64,000 nucleotides of DNA from Chloroflexota bacterium (GCA_026713825.1 JAPONS010000008.1:10682-74681); one strand, 5' to 3'; shown: positions 16,984 through 25,674, counted from the first letter of the stretch. The notes: generated by a model not told the origin, from the letters alone. Program-made: numbers and translations.

Positions 16984-17034
16984 GTCATTCCCGCGAAGCT
17001 TGCCCCGTACCCCGATACGGGGGCGGGAATCCAG
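16984..17034. repeat. Hairpin repeat HP-A with a second hairpin nested in its loop
   Basis: GTCATTCCCGCGAAGC[TTGCCCCGTACCCCGATACGGGGG]CGGGAATCCAG. A near-identical composite lies at 28067-28117. Confidence 0.8.
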
Positions 17035-17078
17035 AATCCCCGCGTCCAACCACATCCGCCAAACCCTCCCACCTCACC

Positions 17079-17105
17079 GTCACTCCTGCGCAGGCAGGAA
17101 TCCAG
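17079..17105. repeat. Hairpin repeat HP-A, uninterrupted
   Basis: GTCACTCCTGCGCAGGCAGGAATCCAG followed by AGGGGCG, the same tail as at 23603 and 23713. Confidence 0.75.
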
Positions 17106-17170
17106 AGGGGCGGAAAGGCAGGGCACCCTCACCAAAGACAACCCTCGCCTTCCCCCTCCCAATTCGCCTC

Positions 17171-17195
17171 CATACCGGCGGAGGCCGGTATCCAG
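17171..17195. repeat. Hairpin repeat HP-B (CATMCCGG-loop-CCGGKATCCAG)
   Basis: CATACCGGCGGAGGCCGGTATCCAG; sister copies at 23579-23603 and 28175-28199. Confidence 0.75.
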
Positions 17196-17285
17196 GTGCG
17201 GCGACGCGGGGCGTCCCCTCCTCCAACCCACTCCCCACCCCCGCCACCCCGCACCGGCATCCAACATGGCGCACACCAATCCCCG

Positions 17286-17294
17286 TGCTATACT
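17286..17294 (+). promoter_or_regulatory. Extended -10 promoter TGCTATACT for argF (near-leaderless)
   Basis: TGCTATACT ends 9 nt before ATG 17304. No SD in between. Confidence 0.45.
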
Positions 17295-17303
17295 GTCATA
17301 GCT

Positions 17304-18233
17304 ATGTCAAGCTTGACCCTGCAATCGAAACACCTGCTTTCCGTGGCCGACCTGTCGCCGGCCGAGATCTGCGCCCTCGTGGAGCGCGCCCGCGACATCA
17401 AGCGCACCCCCGACGCGGCAAGACCCCTGCAGGGCAAGACGGTCGCCCTCCTCTTCGAAAAGCCGTCCCTCCGCACCCGCGTCAGCTTCGAGGTCGGCAC
17501 GGCCAACCTCGGCGGCAACTGCCTCTACCTCAGCCCGGCCGAGGTCGGCATCGGCGGCCGCGAGGCCGTCAGCGACGTCGCCCAGGTCCTCTCCCGCTAC
17601 GTCGATTGCATCGTCTACCGCTGCTACTCTCACGCGATGCTTGCGGAGCTCGCCCACTACGCCACCGTCCCCGTCATCAACGCCCTCTCCGACGACGAGC
17701 ACCCCTGCCAGACCCTCGCGGACCTGACAACGGTCCTCGAGCAGCGCGGCTCGTTGCCCGGCACGACCCTCGCCTACATCGGCGATGGCAACAACGTCGC
17801 CCGCAGCCTCGGTCTCGGCTGCGCCGCTGTCGGCATGCACTACCGCATCGCTTCCCCCGAGGGCTACGGCCTCTCGCCCGACGATGAGCGCGCCATCGAG
17901 GCCCTCGCCGCCGCCAACGGTGGCAGCGCCACCTTCCTCCGTGACCCCCGCGAGGCCGTCGCGGGCGCAAACGTCGTCTACACCGACGTATGGGCCAGCA
18001 TGGGCCAGGAGGACGAGGCCGCCGTCCGCAAGGAGGTCTTCCTCGGCTACCAGGTCAACCCTGAGCTCATGGCTCTCGCCGCCCCGGACGCCGTCTTCAT
18101 GCACGACCTGCCCGCCCACTACGGCGAGGAGGTCCCCCACGGCTTCTTGGACGGCCCCCAGTCCGTCGTGTTCGACCAGGCGGAGAACCGCCTGCACGCG
18201 CAGCAGGCCCTGTTGGAGGCCCTTCTTGGCTAG
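17304..18233 (+). CDS. argF: Ornithine carbamoyltransferase
   Basis: ORF trimmed to ATG 17304. ...GKTVALLFEKPSLRTRVSFEVG...HPCQTLADL... carries the SxRTR and HPxQ motifs. Confidence 0.94.
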   Translation: MSSLTLQSKHLLSVADLSPAEICALVERARDIKRTPDAARPLQGKTVALLFEKPSLRTRVSFEVGTANLGGNCLYLSPAEVGIGGREAVSDVAQVLSRYVDCIVYRCYSHAMLAELAHYATVPVINALSDDEHPCQTLADLTTVLEQRGSLPGTTLAYIGDGNNVARSLGLGCAAVGMHYRIASPEGYGLSPDDERAIEALAAANGGSATFLRDPREAVAGANVVYTDVWASMGQEDEAAVRKEVFLGYQVNPELMALAAPDAVFMHDLPAHYGEEVPHGFLDGPQSVVFDQAENRLHAQQALLEALLG

Positions 18234-18279
18234 GGCGGCATCGCCAGAGGAAGCGAATATCGGCCAGGACGCGGGCGTA

Positions 18280-19593
18280 ATGCCCGTGGTCGCCATCGTC
18301 GGCCGCCCAAACGTCGGCAAGTCCACCCTCTTCAACCGCCTGACCGGCCAGCGCCGCGCCGTCGTCGCAGATGAGGCCGGCACCACCCGCGATCGCGTCA
18401 TCACTCCCATGGAGGGCCCCAACCGCAACTTCTTCCTCGTCGACACCGGCGGCATCGACCTCGGCGCGGGCGGCCCCATCGGCTCCAAGGTCTCCCGCCA
18501 GGTCCGCGCCGCCCTCGAGGACGCCGACGTCATCGTCTTCCTGACCGACGCCGTCGACGGCCTCCAGCCCGCCGACACGGAGATCGCCGACTCCCTCCGC
18601 CGCCTCAACGTCCCCATCGTCACCGCCGTCAACAAGAGCGAGGGCACCCGCCGCCGCTTCAACGTCGCCGAGTTCTACGCCCTCGGCCTCAACGACCCCA
18701 TCGCCATCAGCGCCATCAAGGGCGAGGGCATGGCCGACCTCCTCGACGCCGTCGAGGACGAACTGCCCCCCGGCGCCGAGGCTGAGCTCGACGAGGGCTT
18801 CCTCCGCCTCGCCATCGTCGGCCGCCCCAACGTCGGCAAGTCCAGCATCATGAACGCCATCACCGGCGAGGAGCGCGCCATCGTCGACGAGGCCCCCGGC
18901 ACTACCCGCGACTCCCTCGACGCCTGGGTCAGCTACGACGGCAACCCCCTCCTCCTCATCGACACCGCCGGTATGCGCCGCCGCGGCCACATCGTTCCCG
19001 GCCCGGAGAAGTTCAGCGTCCTCCGCTCCCTCCAGTCCATAGAGCGCTGCAACGTCGCCGTCCTCGTCATGGACGCCACGGAGCTCGCCACGGCCCAGGA
19101 CGTCCACGTCGCCGGCTACGTCCTCGAGTCCTACCACGCCATGCTCGTCGCCGTGAACAAGTGGGACCTCGCCCGCGAGCACGAGACGGAGGTCATCCAG
19201 GAGATTCGCAAGAAGCTCCACTGGGCCCCCTACGTGCCCATCCACTTCGTCTCCGCCCTCACCGGCGAGGGCCTCGACGGCCTCCTCACCACCGCGCAGG
19301 AGCTCTACCGCGAGCAGGCCACCGAGGTCGGCGCCGCCGAGCTCAACACCACCATCGTCGAGGCCATGGCCAAGCACCCCCCGCGCTCGCAGGGCCGCCG
19401 TCAGCTCCGCCTCTACCGCGGCGAGCAGAGCCAGGTGCACCCCCTCGGCTTCACCCTCTACGTCAACAACCCGGAGATCGTGCACTTCTCCTACCGCCGC
19501 TACCTGCTGAACACCATCCGCAGCGCCTTCTCCATCCGCCGCGTCCCCATCCGCCTCGACATCCGCAAGGGCGCCAGGAGGCGGTCGCAGTGA
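18280..19593 (+). CDS. der: Ribosome-associated GTPase Der (EngA), two GTPase domains
   Basis: MPVVAIVGRPNVGKSTLFNRL... and a second P-loop LAIVGRPNVGKSSIMNAI. ORF trimmed to ATG 18280. Confidence 0.95.
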   Translation: MPVVAIVGRPNVGKSTLFNRLTGQRRAVVADEAGTTRDRVITPMEGPNRNFFLVDTGGIDLGAGGPIGSKVSRQVRAALEDADVIVFLTDAVDGLQPADTEIADSLRRLNVPIVTAVNKSEGTRRRFNVAEFYALGLNDPIAISAIKGEGMADLLDAVEDELPPGAEAELDEGFLRLAIVGRPNVGKSSIMNAITGEERAIVDEAPGTTRDSLDAWVSYDGNPLLLIDTAGMRRRGHIVPGPEKFSVLRSLQSIERCNVAVLVMDATELATAQDVHVAGYVLESYHAMLVAVNKWDLAREHETEVIQEIRKKLHWAPYVPIHFVSALTGEGLDGLLTTAQELYREQATEVGAAELNTTIVEAMAKHPPRSQGRRQLRLYRGEQSQVHPLGFTLYVNNPEIVHFSYRRYLLNTIRSAFSIRRVPIRLDIRKGARRRSQ

Positions 19594-20255
19594 ACGCGAT
19601 AGTCGTCTTCGTGCTCGTCATCGCGGCATCCTACCTGCTGGGCGCCGTCCCGTGGGGCCTGCTCATCGGCCGATGGAGCCGCGGCGTCGACGTCCGGCAG
19701 ACCGGCAGCGGCAACATCGGCAGCAGCAACGTCCTCCGCACCGCCGGCGCCAGGGCCGCCGTCCCGGCCCTCCTCCTCGACGTCGCCAAGGGCGCTGTCC
19801 CCGTCCTCGCCGCCCGCGCCATCGCCGACGCCGCCGGCTTCACCGATGCCCAGAGCGCCGGCCTGCAGGCGGGTGTCGCGTTGGCCGCTCTCGCCGGCCA
19901 TAGCTGGTCCGTCTACCTCAAGTTCAGCGGCGGCAAGGGCGTCGCGACGGGCGTCGGCGGCCTCTTCGTCCTCTTCCCATGGGGCGGATTGACCGCATTG
20001 GTCCTTGGCCTCGTGCTCATGCGCCTGACCCGCTACATCTCCCTCGGCAGCGTCATCGGCGTCACCATCGGAGCGGGCTCGCTCGTCGTCTTCTGGCTCC
20101 GCGGCGACTTCCACTGGGCCTACGCCCTCCACGGCTTCGTCGGCTGGGCCATCATCATCGGCCGCCACCACGGCAACATCCGCCGCCTCTTCTCCGGCAC
20201 CGAGGCCCGTCTCGGCGAATCCGCGGCCCCGCCGCAAGTGCAGCCGGAGGCGTAG
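19590..20255 (+). CDS. plsY: Glycerol-3-phosphate acyltransferase PlsY
   Basis: GTG 19590 overlaps the der stop (GTGA). Protein reads VNAIVVFVLVIAASYLLGAVPWGLLIGRW...GSGNIGSSNVLRTAG. Confidence 0.9.
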   Translation: MNAIVVFVLVIAASYLLGAVPWGLLIGRWSRGVDVRQTGSGNIGSSNVLRTAGARAAVPALLLDVAKGAVPVLAARAIADAAGFTDAQSAGLQAGVALAALAGHSWSVYLKFSGGKGVATGVGGLFVLFPWGGLTALVLGLVLMRLTRYISLGSVIGVTIGAGSLVVFWLRGDFHWAYALHGFVGWAIIIGRHHGNIRRLFSGTEARLGESAAPPQVQPEA

Positions 20256-20257
20256 CA

Positions 20258-21274
20258 ATGACCCATGCGACGGTCGTGGGCACCACGAGCTGGGGTACGA
20301 CCTTGGCCATCCTCCTCGCCCGCCGCGGCGCCCCCGTCCCCCTCCTCGCCCGCTCCGGCGACGAGGCCGGCATTCTCGCCCGCGATCGCGAGAATCATCG
20401 CCTGCTGCCCGGCGCGCTCTTCCCCGACTCTCTGTCCCCGTCCGCCGACGCCGGCGCCGCCCTGGACGGGGCTGACCTCGTCGTGCTCGGCATGCCGGCG
20501 CAGCGGCTGCGGGAGAACCTCTCCGCCCTGCGTGGCCATATCAACGACCAGACCGTACTTCTGAGCGCCATCAAGGGCCTCGAACACGACACCGGCTTGC
20601 CTATGACGCATGTGATTCAAGAGGAGCTGCCGGATGTCGCCGAGGGCCGCATCGCCGTCCTCTCCGGCCCTAATTTCGCTCGGGAAGTCGTCGAGGACAA
20701 GCCCTCCTCAACCGTCATCGCCTGCCAGGATCCCGCCGTCGCCGAGTGGGTTCAGGAGCTCTACAACTCCCCCACCTTCCGCGTCTACACAAACGATGAC
20801 GTTGTGGGAGTGGAGCTTGGCGGCGCCCTCAAGAACGCCATCGCCATAGCCGCGGGCATCAGCGACGGCCTCGGCTACGGCGCCAACGCCAAGGCTGCCC
20901 TCGTCACACGGGGGTTGGCGGAGATCACCCGCTTGGGCGTGGCCTGTGGCGCCAAGCCCCTGACGCTCGCCGGCCTCTCCGGGCTCGGTGACATGGCCGC
21001 CACCTGCTTTAGCAACCTCAGCCGCAACCGCTATGTCGGCGAGCAGGTGGGGGAAGGGGTGCCGTTGGCGGAAGTGCTGGAAGGCATGGTGCATGTCGCG
21101 GAGGGCGTGGACACCATCGCCGCTGCGCTTCTTCTCGCCCAGCGGCACGGCATAGAGATGCCCATCACAGAGATGACGGCCCGCATCCTTTTCGACGGCG
21201 TTGGCCCGCGCGAGGCGACGTCATACCTGCTCAACCGCGCTCCCGGCCAGGAGTGGCCCACCGAGCTCAGCTAG
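20258..21274 (+). CDS. gpsA: NAD(P)H-dependent glycerol-3-phosphate dehydrogenase
   Basis: MTHATVVGTTSWGTTLAILLARRG...GALKNAIAIAAGISDGLGYGANAKAAL... Confidence 0.93.
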   Translation: MTHATVVGTTSWGTTLAILLARRGAPVPLLARSGDEAGILARDRENHRLLPGALFPDSLSPSADAGAALDGADLVVLGMPAQRLRENLSALRGHINDQTVLLSAIKGLEHDTGLPMTHVIQEELPDVAEGRIAVLSGPNFAREVVEDKPSSTVIACQDPAVAEWVQELYNSPTFRVYTNDDVVGVELGGALKNAIAIAAGISDGLGYGANAKAALVTRGLAEITRLGVACGAKPLTLAGLSGLGDMAATCFSNLSRNRYVGEQVGEGVPLAEVLEGMVHVAEGVDTIAAALLLAQRHGIEMPITEMTARILFDGVGPREATSYLLNRAPGQEWPTELS

Positions 21275-22167
21275 CCGCGACGAAAGCACAGCGCCAGCCA
21301 GTCCTCCGTCTGCTGCGTCTCCAGCTCCTCGAACCCGGCGCCCAGGATCGCCTCCCGCACCTCGTCCCCCCGCTCCTCCAGCGCCCCGGACGCGATGAGC
21401 GTCCCGCCCGGCCTCAGCGTCTCGGCCAGAGCCCCCGCAAGCTCCACCAGCACCTTCGCCGAGATGTTCGCGACGGTCAGGTCCAGCCCCACCGCCTGCG
21501 GGTGCGGCAACGTTCCCCGTGCGATGCGCACCCGGCGCGACAGCCCCGCGGCCTTCAGGTTCCGCCGTGACGACCGGACAGCGTCCGCCTCCGTGTCCAG
21601 CGCCAGCGCCCACTCGGCGCCCAGCAGCAGCGCACCCTGCGCCAGCAGCCCGCTGCCCGTGCCCAGGTCCAGGATGCGCATCCCCGGCTCCACCCGCCGC
21701 TCCAGCTGCTCCAGGCACATGCGCGTCGTCGGGTGGTGCCCCGTCCCGAAGGCCAGCCCTGGGTCCAGCGTCAGCACAATGTCGCCTTCCAACGCCTCGT
21801 GCTCATGCCACGTTGGGCGCACCACCAGCCGCTTCCCTACGCGCAGGGGCTGGAAGTGCGCCTTCCACGCCTCTTCCCACTCGAAGGGCGACACCGTCCG
21901 CACCTTCAACGGCGACAACGGCTTGATCAGCCCCATGAGCTGCACTCCCGCCTGAATGCGCGCGACACGGTCGGCCGAGCGCCTGTCCTGCGGAAAATAC
22001 GTCCGCACGAAGACCGGCCCTCCAACGGGCGGCGACTCTCCCTCGTCCGGGTTGACCCCGCCCGCCTCCTCCACCACAACCTGCCGGCGCCCGTAGCGCT
22101 GGAACAGCTCCACCAGCGGCTCCACCAGCTCGGGAGAGGCTTCCACGGAAAGCTCTAGCCAGTCCAC
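21271..22167 (-). CDS. prmA: Ribosomal protein L11 methyltransferase
   Basis: GTG start. ...LDPGLAFGTGHHPTTRMCLE...ILDLGTGSGLLA... Confidence 0.9.
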   Translation of the reverse strand: MDWLELSVEASPELVEPLVELFQRYGRRQVVVEEAGGVNPDEGESPPVGGPVFVRTYFPQDRRSADRVARIQAGVQLMGLIKPLSPLKVRTVSPFEWEEAWKAHFQPLRVGKRLVVRPTWHEHEALEGDIVLTLDPGLAFGTGHHPTTRMCLEQLERRVEPGMRILDLGTGSGLLAQGALLLGAEWALALDTEADAVRSSRRNLKAAGLSRRVRIARGTLPHPQAVGLDLTVANISAKVLVELAGALAETLRPGGTLIASGALEERGDEVREAILGAGFEELETQQTEDWLALCFRRG

Positions 22168-22263
22168 GCGGCACGCTCCATACGGATAGCTTGCGGAAAA
22201 TAGGGGAAGGCTTGTGGGAGAATCCGGTGACTCTGCAGGGTCAGAAGGACCGCCATTCAGCGA

Positions 22264-23412
22264 CTAGGTGCTCTCGCCGGTGAGGACGTCCTTCAGCTTC
22301 CGGAACCACGACTTCACACCGTTGGACGCGTAGGCCTCTTCGTCCTCGTCCAGCGACTCAGACAGTTCCTCGAAGAGCTCCCGCGTGCGTGGGCCCATCT
22401 TCTGCGGCGTCATCACCGTCACCAGGCCGATGAGATCGCCAGGTCGGCCGTTGTGCAGGTTGGGCACGCCCTTGCCCCGCTTGCGAAGGATGGCCCCGGA
22501 CTGCACCCCTGCGGGCACCTCAAATGTCTCCCGCTCGCCTTCCAGCATCGGGACCTCTATTGTCGTTCCAAGGGCAGCATGCGCCACGTTCAGGGGAAGA
22601 TCAAAGACCAGGTTCTCCTTATCGCGGCGAAAGTACAGGTGGGGCTTCACCGACAGGCTCACGAAGACGTCGCCCGGCCTCCCGCCGTTGACGCCCGCGT
22701 CCCCTTCTCCCGCAAGCCGGACGCGCATGCCGTCCTCCACGCCCGCGGGCACGTTCACCATCACCTTGCGCGTCGACTTCTCCCGGCCCGTGCCTCTGCA
22801 GCCCGTGCACGGCGACAGGATCGTCTGTCCCAGCCCCCGGCATGCAGAGCATGCCACCACCTGCATAAACTGCCCAAACACGCTGCTCTGCGTCCTGCGC
22901 ACCTGCCCGGAGCCGCCGCAGTTGGCGCACTGCTCCTTCTGCGTCCCGGGCTCAGCCAGGTCGCCGTGACACGTCCCGCAGATCTCCTGCCGTGTGATCT
23001 GCACCTCGCGCTCCACGCCCAGCGCCGCTTCCTCAAACGTGATGGTCATCGAATACTGCAGGTCCCGGCCCTTGGCCGACGTGTTGGCCTGGCCCCGGAA
23101 CCCGCCGAAGAAAGCGTCAAAGATGTCACCCACGCCGCCCGGAAAGTCGAACCCGTCGAAACCGCGCCCCGGCCAGCCGCTGTTCGGGTCCACGTCCGCC
23201 CGCCCGAACCGGTCGTACATCCGCCGCTTCTCCGGGTCGATGAGCACTTGGTACGCCTCGTTGATCTCCTTGAAGCGCTCGGCGGCGTCCTTTGCCTTGT
23301 TCCTGTCCGGATGCCACTCCATGGCCAACCCACGGAACGCACGGCGGATCTGCTCCTCCGTCGCGTCCCGGGGCACACCTAGGAGATTGTAGTAGTCCTT
23401 CTGTGTTGCCAT
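22264..23412 (-). CDS. dnaJ: Chaperone DnaJ (J domain, G/F region, four CxxCxGxG zinc motifs)
   Basis: ORF trimmed to ATG 23412. MATQKDYYNLLGVPRDATEEQIRRAFRGLAMEWHPDRN..., plus CGTCHG, CANCGGSG, CSACRGLG and CTGCRGTG. Confidence 0.95.
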   Translation of the reverse strand: MATQKDYYNLLGVPRDATEEQIRRAFRGLAMEWHPDRNKAKDAAERFKEINEAYQVLIDPEKRRMYDRFGRADVDPNSGWPGRGFDGFDFPGGVGDIFDAFFGGFRGQANTSAKGRDLQYSMTITFEEAALGVEREVQITRQEICGTCHGDLAEPGTQKEQCANCGGSGQVRRTQSSVFGQFMQVVACSACRGLGQTILSPCTGCRGTGREKSTRKVMVNVPAGVEDGMRVRLAGEGDAGVNGGRPGDVFVSLSVKPHLYFRRDKENLVFDLPLNVAHAALGTTIEVPMLEGERETFEVPAGVQSGAILRKRGKGVPNLHNGRPGDLIGLVTVMTPQKMGPRTRELFEELSESLDEDEEAYASNGVKSWFRKLKDVLTGEST

Positions 23413-23468
23413 AGGCTCGTGCGGCTTCCTGTTCTCAAATACCAGGGCTGGCGCAAACACGCCGCTTC

Positions 23469-23477
23469 ATTGTAACA
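23469..23477 (-). promoter_or_regulatory. Extended -10 promoter TGTTACAAT upstream of dnaJ
   Basis: Minus strand TGTTACAAT lies about 57 nt upstream of ATG 23412. Confidence 0.4.
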
Positions 23478-23578
23478 CGAGGCAAAGCTGCACAGGGACA
23501 ATTATCGGCTGTCCACTACCCGTCGTCCCCACTACCTCCGCCCCCGCCAGCACACGCCGACCCACACAACCCAGCCTC

Positions 23579-23603
23579 CATCCCGGCGGAGGCCGGGATC
23601 CAG
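23579..23603. repeat. Hairpin repeat HP-B
   Basis: CATCCCGGCGGAGGCCGGGATCCAG followed by AGGGGCG. Confidence 0.75.
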
Positions 23604-23663
23604 AGGGGCGCCGCGTGGGGCAACTCTGCCACGGCCCACCTCCGATACTCCACCCCCATTCGC

Positions 23664-23713
23664 GTCATTCTTGCGCAGGAAGAGCCTGCCCCCGCGAAAG
23701 CGGGGGAATCCAG
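23664..23713. repeat. Composite hairpin repeat (HP-A 5' half + GAGCCTGCCCC module + CCCCCGC-GAAA-GCGGGGG hairpin + AATCCAG tail)
   Basis: GTCATTCTTGCGCAGGAAGAGCCTGCCCCCGCGAAAGCGGGGGAATCCAG followed by TGGGGCG. Confidence 0.7.
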
Positions 23714-23840
23714 TGGGGCGGGGAAGGGGCCAGCGTCGCGCCACAAGGATGGCGGAGAAGAGCGACCGGTCCTCATAGACGACATAGGAAGCCCAGAAGA
23801 AATGGGGACTTGCCGGAAGGACAGGTGGAGGGGGGAAAAC

Positions 23841-24527
23841 CTAGTTGGCGGAATCCGTCTGCGGATCGGGGGTCTCACCCTCCCCGTCCCCCTCTGGGGC
23901 CGGAGGGGAGTCCGTGTCGCCTGCATCCTCGCCGCCTCCCTCCGCCACCACGCTCCCGTTGCCCACCGTCACAAGCGCCGGCCTCAGCAGCCTGCCGCCC
24001 ACCGTGTACCCGCGCTGCACGACCTCCACCACGGCGCCCGCAACGCCGTCCACCTCGGTGACCGCCTGGTGCAGGTTCGGGTCAAAGGTCTGGCCCGCCT
24101 GCACCTCAAGCGCCTCGAGGCCGCGGGCCACCAGCATCGCCTCCAGCTTCTTGTACATCAGCCACACGCCTTCGATCCAGGTGAGCGATATCAGGTTCGC
24201 CGGCACGGTGTTGAACGCCCGCTCCAGGTCGTCCAGCACGCTCAGCGTCTGCTGCATCAGCGCCGCGGACGCCCACTGCGCCATCTCCTCCTGGTCGCGC
24301 TCCACCTGCCTGCGGAAGTTCTGCAGGTCGGCTTGCGCGCGCTGCCAGTTGGCCAAGTACCGCTGCGAACGCTCCTCCAGCTCCTGCACCCGCGCCGACA
24401 GCTCATCTGCGTCGCCCCCGGCCGCGTCGGCCGACTCGCCCGCTGGCGCCTGCTGCTCGTCCGGAGAATGGTTTGGGGCCTCCGGTGCGCCGCCCGTGGC
24501 CCCATGCTCTGGGTTCTGCTGTTCCAT
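23841..24527 (-). CDS. grpE: Nucleotide exchange factor GrpE
   Basis: ORF trimmed to ATG 24527. ...RYLANWQRAQADLQNFRRQVERDQ...FDPNLHQAV... Confidence 0.92.
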   Translation of the reverse strand: MEQQNPEHGATGGAPEAPNHSPDEQQAPAGESADAAGGDADELSARVQELEERSQRYLANWQRAQADLQNFRRQVERDQEEMAQWASAALMQQTLSVLDDLERAFNTVPANLISLTWIEGVWLMYKKLEAMLVARGLEALEVQAGQTFDPNLHQAVTEVDGVAGAVVEVVQRGYTVGGRLLRPALVTVGNGSVVAEGGGEDAGDTDSPPAPEGDGEGETPDPQTDSAN

Positions 24528-24534
24528 GCCGCTC

Positions 24535-25566
24535 CTAGGGCGCGATGCCCGCATCTTCCAGCATGCCGCTCATCAGCGAGGACACGTAGTGCACCCCCGC
24601 GATCGCGCGCTCGTAGTGCATGCGCATGGGCCCAACGATGCTCACCGTGCCGAACACCTGCCCCTCCACGCCGTAGCGCGTGATGACCAGGCTCATCGGC
24701 TTCAGCGCATCCTCCCGGTTCTCCTCGCCTATGACGATGCGCATCTCGCCCACGCCGGGCCGCTCGGTCAGCACCGCGCGCGCCAACCGCCGGTTCTCCA
24801 GCACCTCGATCAGGTCGCGCACCTGCGACGCCCCGCTGAACTCCGGCTGCTCCACCAGGTGCCGCAGCCCTTCGACGATGTAGTCCGCGAAGGCCGTGCT
24901 GTCCTCTTCCTCCAGGATGCGGAGCGTCGTGTCCAGCACGTCGCGCTCCAGCGCCGAGTCCGCAATTTCCCGCCCGCGCACGTCCCCGTACGAGAGCCCC
25001 CGCACGCGATGGTTCAGCCGGTTGGCCAGCGCCGTCAGCTCCTCCTCCGACACCGGCTCCGTCAGCGGCACCAGCTCCTTCCGCAGCCGCGCCTCCTGCA
25101 GCACCAGCACCTGCATCACCAGCAGCTCGTCGAGGTAGATGAGCTGCAGGTTGCGGATGCGCGTCTGCACCGTCCGCGGCATGCTCACCAGCGCCATGTT
25201 GTTCGCCAGCTGCGCCAGCAGCCGCGCCGACAGCCGCGCCCACACGTCCACGTCGCGCCCCGCGCCCGCGAGCTGCGTGCGAAGGTTGCGCTTGATCCCG
25301 CCCGGCAACTCCGGCGTCCCCGCCAGCGCCTCGACGTAGTAACGGTACCCCCGGTCCGTCGGCACGCCGCCGGCCGAGTGGTGCGGGCGGCTGATGTACC
25401 CCTCTTCCTCCAGCACCGCCATCTCATGCCGCACCGTCGCCGGGCTCACGTCCAGCCCAGAGTGCCGCGTCACCACCTCAGAGGGCACCGGCGCCGCGGT
25501 CCCCACATACTGCGAGAGGATGATGCGCAGGATCGTCTCCTGCCTTGTGGATAGGCGTTCCAGCAT
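24535..25566 (-). CDS. hrcA: Heat-inducible transcription repressor HrcA
   Basis: MLERLSTRQETILRIILSQYVGTAAPVPSEVV...SPATVRHEMAVLEEEGYISRPHHSAGGVPTDRGYRYYV. The start could also be GTG 25575. Confidence 0.92.
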   Translation of the reverse strand: MLERLSTRQETILRIILSQYVGTAAPVPSEVVTRHSGLDVSPATVRHEMAVLEEEGYISRPHHSAGGVPTDRGYRYYVEALAGTPELPGGIKRNLRTQLAGAGRDVDVWARLSARLLAQLANNMALVSMPRTVQTRIRNLQLIYLDELLVMQVLVLQEARLRKELVPLTEPVSEEELTALANRLNHRVRGLSYGDVRGREIADSALERDVLDTTLRILEEEDSTAFADYIVEGLRHLVEQPEFSGASQVRDLIEVLENRRLARAVLTERPGVGEMRIVIGEENREDALKPMSLVITRYGVEGQVFGTVSIVGPMRMHYERAIAGVHYVSSLMSGMLEDAGIAP

Positions 25567-25674
25567 GCTTGTCACACGACTTTGCTATCTGAGCGGATAA
25601 AGCAACGTAGCATCGCCCGGCGCGCGGTGTCAAGGCGGCTCAGCGGGCCTTCCAGGCCGTCTGCAAACGAGAAA

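Noticed and set aside
16840-17301. Pro-rich ORFs spanning repeat spacers: 16840..17301+, 27941..28378+, 23615..24061+, 32994..33324-.
   Set aside because: Their sequences (VIPAKLAPYPDTGAGIQ, RRQESRG, FPQGERP) are simply translations of the hairpin and R-D repeats. They have no start context or SD.
25590-25613. Possible CIRCE-like operator upstream of hrcA (TTGCTATCTGAGCGGATAAAGCAA).
   Set aside because: Only 5-bp arms pair, and there is no resemblance to TTAGCACTC-N9-GAGTGCTAA.
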